64,000 nucleotides of DNA, taken from assembly GCA_030704615.1 (NCBI GenBank), contig CM060733.1, positions 41,912,001-41,976,000 on the forward strand, given 5' to 3'. The notes below the pieces were generated by a model. The model made no database searches, was not told the origin of the DNA, and saw only the letters and a program-made list of their open reading frames with translations. Numbering within the stretch: the first letter of the stretch is position 1; each line of letters opens with the position of its first letter. The translations under genes were made by a program, and so were the position numbers. The stretch comes from Takakia lepidozioides (Eukaryota > Plantae > Bryophyta). Below are positions 60,101 to 64,000 of the stretch, piece after piece.

Positions 60101-63100
60101 AAAGGTCGCTGGTGCATTACAAAGTCCAAAGGGCATGACTTTGTATGCATAAGCACCCCAGTCTGTGATGAAAGCTGTTTTTCCTTGGTCTCCTTCTGCC
60201 ACTTGCACTTGATTATACCCACTGAAGCCATCCATGAATGAGTACATCTCATGGCCTGCCACAGTGTCCAATACCGCTTCTGTGAATGACAAAGGAAAAC
60301 TATCTTTCTTCGTGCAAGCATTCAACTTCTTATAGTTCACACAAACTCTCAGTTTACCATTCTTCTTGGGAACTATCACAATGGGTGACAACCAAGTTGT
60401 ATACTCTATTGGGTATATAAACTTAGCCTCAGCCAACTTCTTGATCTCTTCTCCAACCTTCTGTGCGTAGTTGGGATTCATTTTGTACCTTGCCTGCTTG
60501 ATTGGTACTGACCCCGGTTCCAGTTCAATCTTATGCTGACAGATTTCAGGTGGTATCCCTTTTAAATCCTCATAGCTCCAAGCAAATACATCTTTGTATT
60601 TGATGAACAAACTCTTAGCTTCTTCAAAGAATTCTGGCTCCAAATCAGCTCCTACCTTCACCATCCTCGGTTCCTCTTTAGTTCCCACATTCACTTCCCT
60701 CACTTGCTCATCAGCTGTGATTGTCCAACCAGTCACCACTTCATCTTGTAAACTCACAGTGGCTGGTTCCTCTAGGATTTCCATTTCTCCTTCTTTTTCT
60801 TCATAGAAATGTGATGGGTAACTGCTGGTTTCCTCTTCAATCGGTGTTGTTGACACTACACCACAGCAGATACCCCTTAAACAACTTAGGCCTTCCAGCC
60901 GCATCTCTGCAACCTGCTCCCATTCTGGGTGTGCAGCAAACAGGGTAGCTTCCTGCTCCTCATCCAGTCCTCCTCTCCAGTCATACTCTCTGACTCCTCG
61001 AGGTCTTCTCGTAGTAGGTAATCTACTAGATTTCTTAGTGGTAATTTGTATCTTGTGCATCTTATCATGCACCGTTAGTAACTGGGAATTCTAGTCATGG
61101 AATACCCTGGCTTGTTTCAGCCACGGACATCCCAACAATAAGGAGTAAGCTTGCATGACTTCATCCATTTTTAACACAGTTACTGTGATCATAAAGATCA
61201 TCTTTTGAATCTATATCTTAACTCCTCTTATCAATCCCAATGGCTGTACACTTCTTTGATCTGCCATTGTTACTGTAAATGGGGCTGGTTTCATGTTACT
61301 TAGACCAAGCTTTTGCCTTAATTGGTCTGTCATGATATTCACTCCAGAGCCTCCATCTATCAGTACATCAGTTAGTTCTGTGCTTCCAATTCTCAATTGG
61401 ATTACTAGCATAGAATCATCAAAGTCCATGACTGTTTCTCGCCCTTCCGGCTTCACATTATAACTGGTCACCTTGCTGTTCAGGTCTGTGTCTCCTGTCT
61501 CCTGGGCAATTCGATTGATTGCTTGATACAGCCTGTGCCTACAATAAGGTGCCACAACCAATAGCTGTCCAATGGTAATCTCTGCTTTGGACTGGCATAT
61601 TACTTCAGCCAAAGTCTCTTCATTACTTTGCATGTCTGCATCTTCTTTCTTCCTTTCATCCTCACTCACTTCTTCTTCTCCATCAGAATCAGAGGAATCT
61701 GCCACAGGAATATCAGTACTCTTCGCATTTCCCTTATGGTATCTGCCACTTCCTTGTGCAGTTCCTTCTCATCTCTCCAAGCCTCATCATCTTCAGGCAT
61801 ATCACTGCCACCTTCATTATCATCTTCTTCCTCTACTACTGGAGGTATTAGTTTGGCTTTACTTCTTGTTACTATCATTGTACTTACTTCTGGTACAACA
61901 CATGGCCTAACCATGTGAGCTGCCACCACTGGGCCCTCATTCACAGGAGCTCTCATCTCATTCTGGTGTCTAATCCAGAATGAACAGGCTGCCTTGCGAT
62001 GTCCTGGCTGATTACAATAGTAACATAGTTCTTCACCATTGGGTCCTCGCCGTTGTTCTGCTCTTGGATTATTTCTGTAATCCTGATTCCCGGGCTGGTA
62101 ATTCCCCCTTGGATTACCCTGATAGTTGCCTCTGGAATTTCCTTGGTAATTCCCTCTTGAATTACCTCTCCCTTCCATACCATTGTTATAACCACCAGAC
62201 CTACCATAGTGGTCCTGATCATTGTTTCTTCTTGGCTGGGGCTGCACCTGATGCACCCTTACTTGCCTAGGTTCTCTTGCAACTGTCCTTCTGTTGTAGT
62301 AACAATTCTCAGTAGAATGGTTATCCATTTTACAGATAGTACAATGTTTCTCCTTCATGTGGCATTCTGTGGTGGTATGGCCTTCATTCTGGCACTTTGC
62401 ACACCATACACCCTTCCTCCAATGTGTTGCAGCCTCTGTGGCATACTTCTTCAAGATTTCTTCCAATCTTTTTTCTCTTCAACTTCTCTTTTCTCTTACT
62501 CTTCCTTTTTAGTTCTTGCTCTTCTTTTTCATCTGACTCATCCTCAGAGTCCTCATCATCCCTTTTCTCTCTCCTGAGCATTCCCAATTGCTCAATTCTG
62601 TTTGCAGTTTCAAATGCCTCCTCCACTGTATTATGGGGTAACATATCCACTTTCTTTTGCAACTCTGGTCTTAGTCCACTCACAAACCAAGTCTTCTGTA
62701 ACCCTGGTGCTGGTACTGCAGCCAGCTTTTTCATCATCAATTCCATCTTTTCCATATACTCCTCAACAGTTTCATGCTTCTTTTGCTTTAACTATTGTAA
62801 ACTCCTATACACTTCATCCTCAGTTTTACTTGTCCTGAACCTATTTCGGAATGTTGTATTCAAGCCATTCCAAGTTAGGAAATGATTATCAGGGAATCTT
62901 GCATACCATTCACTTGCTTTCTTTATAAGTGAACAAGGAAACAATCTCATCTTGGCATCATCGCCATTCTCATTGTTCACTATACACATGTGCTCAAATT
63001 GGCTAATGTGTACATCGGGATCCCCTTTTCCTGAATATATTGGAAAAGGTGGTTTTGCCCGTGTTGGTTGTAACGCCATCTGTGGCCCTACTTTCTGCCC

Positions 63101-63910
63101 ACTGACAGGTGCTGGCACCCTTGCTGGTGCTGGTCCTTCTCGACCTGTTGTTGTTGTGGTGGATCTTCCACCAAGTGGTGGCCCTTGAGCACTCCCTGCT
63201 TCTGGCCCCACGATATTCACAGTATTCCCAGCTTCAGTTGCACTACTTCCCACACTCCCTGTCCCCCCAGAGCCAGATCCAGGCAGCCCGCCTGATCCCC
63301 CTGAGCCGACACCTTCGTTGGCCTGTGATCCAAGTGCTCCACTTGATCCAGGTCCAACGGGTTGGGATGTCCTGGTTGTAGTCTCAACCTCAGCTGTTGG
63401 GTCTACTTCTTCATATTCTTCCTCTTCCAATTTCTTCTCTCTGTTTTCATCCTCCAAGTTCTGCCCTTGGGTTTCTTCTTCACTCATGTAACTCAACTGT
63501 AATGGTGTTGGAGAGTCTGAACTCTCCGTTGGCTCTGCCACATCCTCTCCTCCTTCTTCACCTTCCGCTTCAGAAACTGGAGTTCCTGCTTTTGGTGTTC
63601 CATGCCAACTCTTATCAAAGATTTCTGTCAAATCTTTTATCCAGGGATGTACCTCAGATCTTTCACCTCGTGATTGATCTTCTTCCCGTACCAATTCCCT
63701 TAATCTTTCTTGCAAAGAAACAGAAGGAGTGGCATCCAACTCTAGTTCTTCCGGTATGGGTGATGTACTCTTTGATCTTAATGGTGTGAGAGGTCCAGAT
63801 GATTCCCCTATGTCTATTCCTCTCTCCCAAAGATATGGATAATTAGCTTTCAGATAGCTTTCTCTTTTTGATGAATATCTCTGGCGTCTAGCTTCTCTTT
63901 CATCACTCAT
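57159..63910 (-). pseudogene. Family B gag-pol with several frameshifts and stops
   Basis: gag 61666-63910; protease LIDGGSG 61211-61705; RT MPFGLCNAP/FLDD 59660-61072; RNase H CDAS..VDHQAL 58989-59717; integrase GLDFVGP/SDQG/QAEA, KGPY 57159-58976. Confidence 0.95.
57541..57780. repeat. 30-bp tandem repeat x8 in frame with the integrase tail ([10 protein letters not shown]-like)
   Basis: Direct 30-bp period; built from GGCTGTG motifs like the LTR tract. Confidence 0.85.
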
Positions 63911-64000
63911 GTCCCATGTCTTTCATTTCTTTTTAATGTGGCAATAACCAAAACTCTCTTCTGTAATATCTCTCGTATATGCCTGGGTTTCTTTCAAGCT

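Larger units (their letters stand above)
55264..64000 (-). mobile_element. Ty3/Gypsy family B, near-complete copy (3' LTR 55264-56227, PPT ~56231-56244; 5' LTR beyond the window)
   Basis: LTR tgtcgcgcgg...tctaaca, purine tract, 3' extra ORF, disrupted gag-pol. Confidence 0.95.

Overview
Eukaryotic, almost certainly plant, heterochromatin-like DNA (GT-AG introns, tRNA-iMet primer site TGGTATCAGAGC) with no recognisable host gene. Contents: (1) a young, intact Ty3/Gypsy element A (409-11651, minus) nested in the protease region of a second Ty3/Gypsy family B. Family B is present as four partial copies or LTRs. (2) Pieces of a Mutator-like (MULE) DNA transposon family: a decayed GCM-DDE-SWIM transposase gene (17757-21348), two homologous intron-containing genes for a bacterial-type beta-class DNA amino-methyltransferase-like protein (50415-54136 with an N-terminal ParB/Srx-like domain; 3' remnant at 15827-16207), and three related GGCTCAY-repeat termini. 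(3) A 500-N gap, then a ~23.7 kb satellite of ~116-bp monomers, each with a 40-bp hairpin, which runs into the 5' region of the ParB-MTase gene. Two candidate novelties stand out. One is a MULE family carrying ParB-MTase cargo plus a palindrome array. The other is the end structure of element A, which fits integration from a 2-LTR circle cut at an internal 20-bp palindrome. All domain calls are by eye from motifs; no searches were run.
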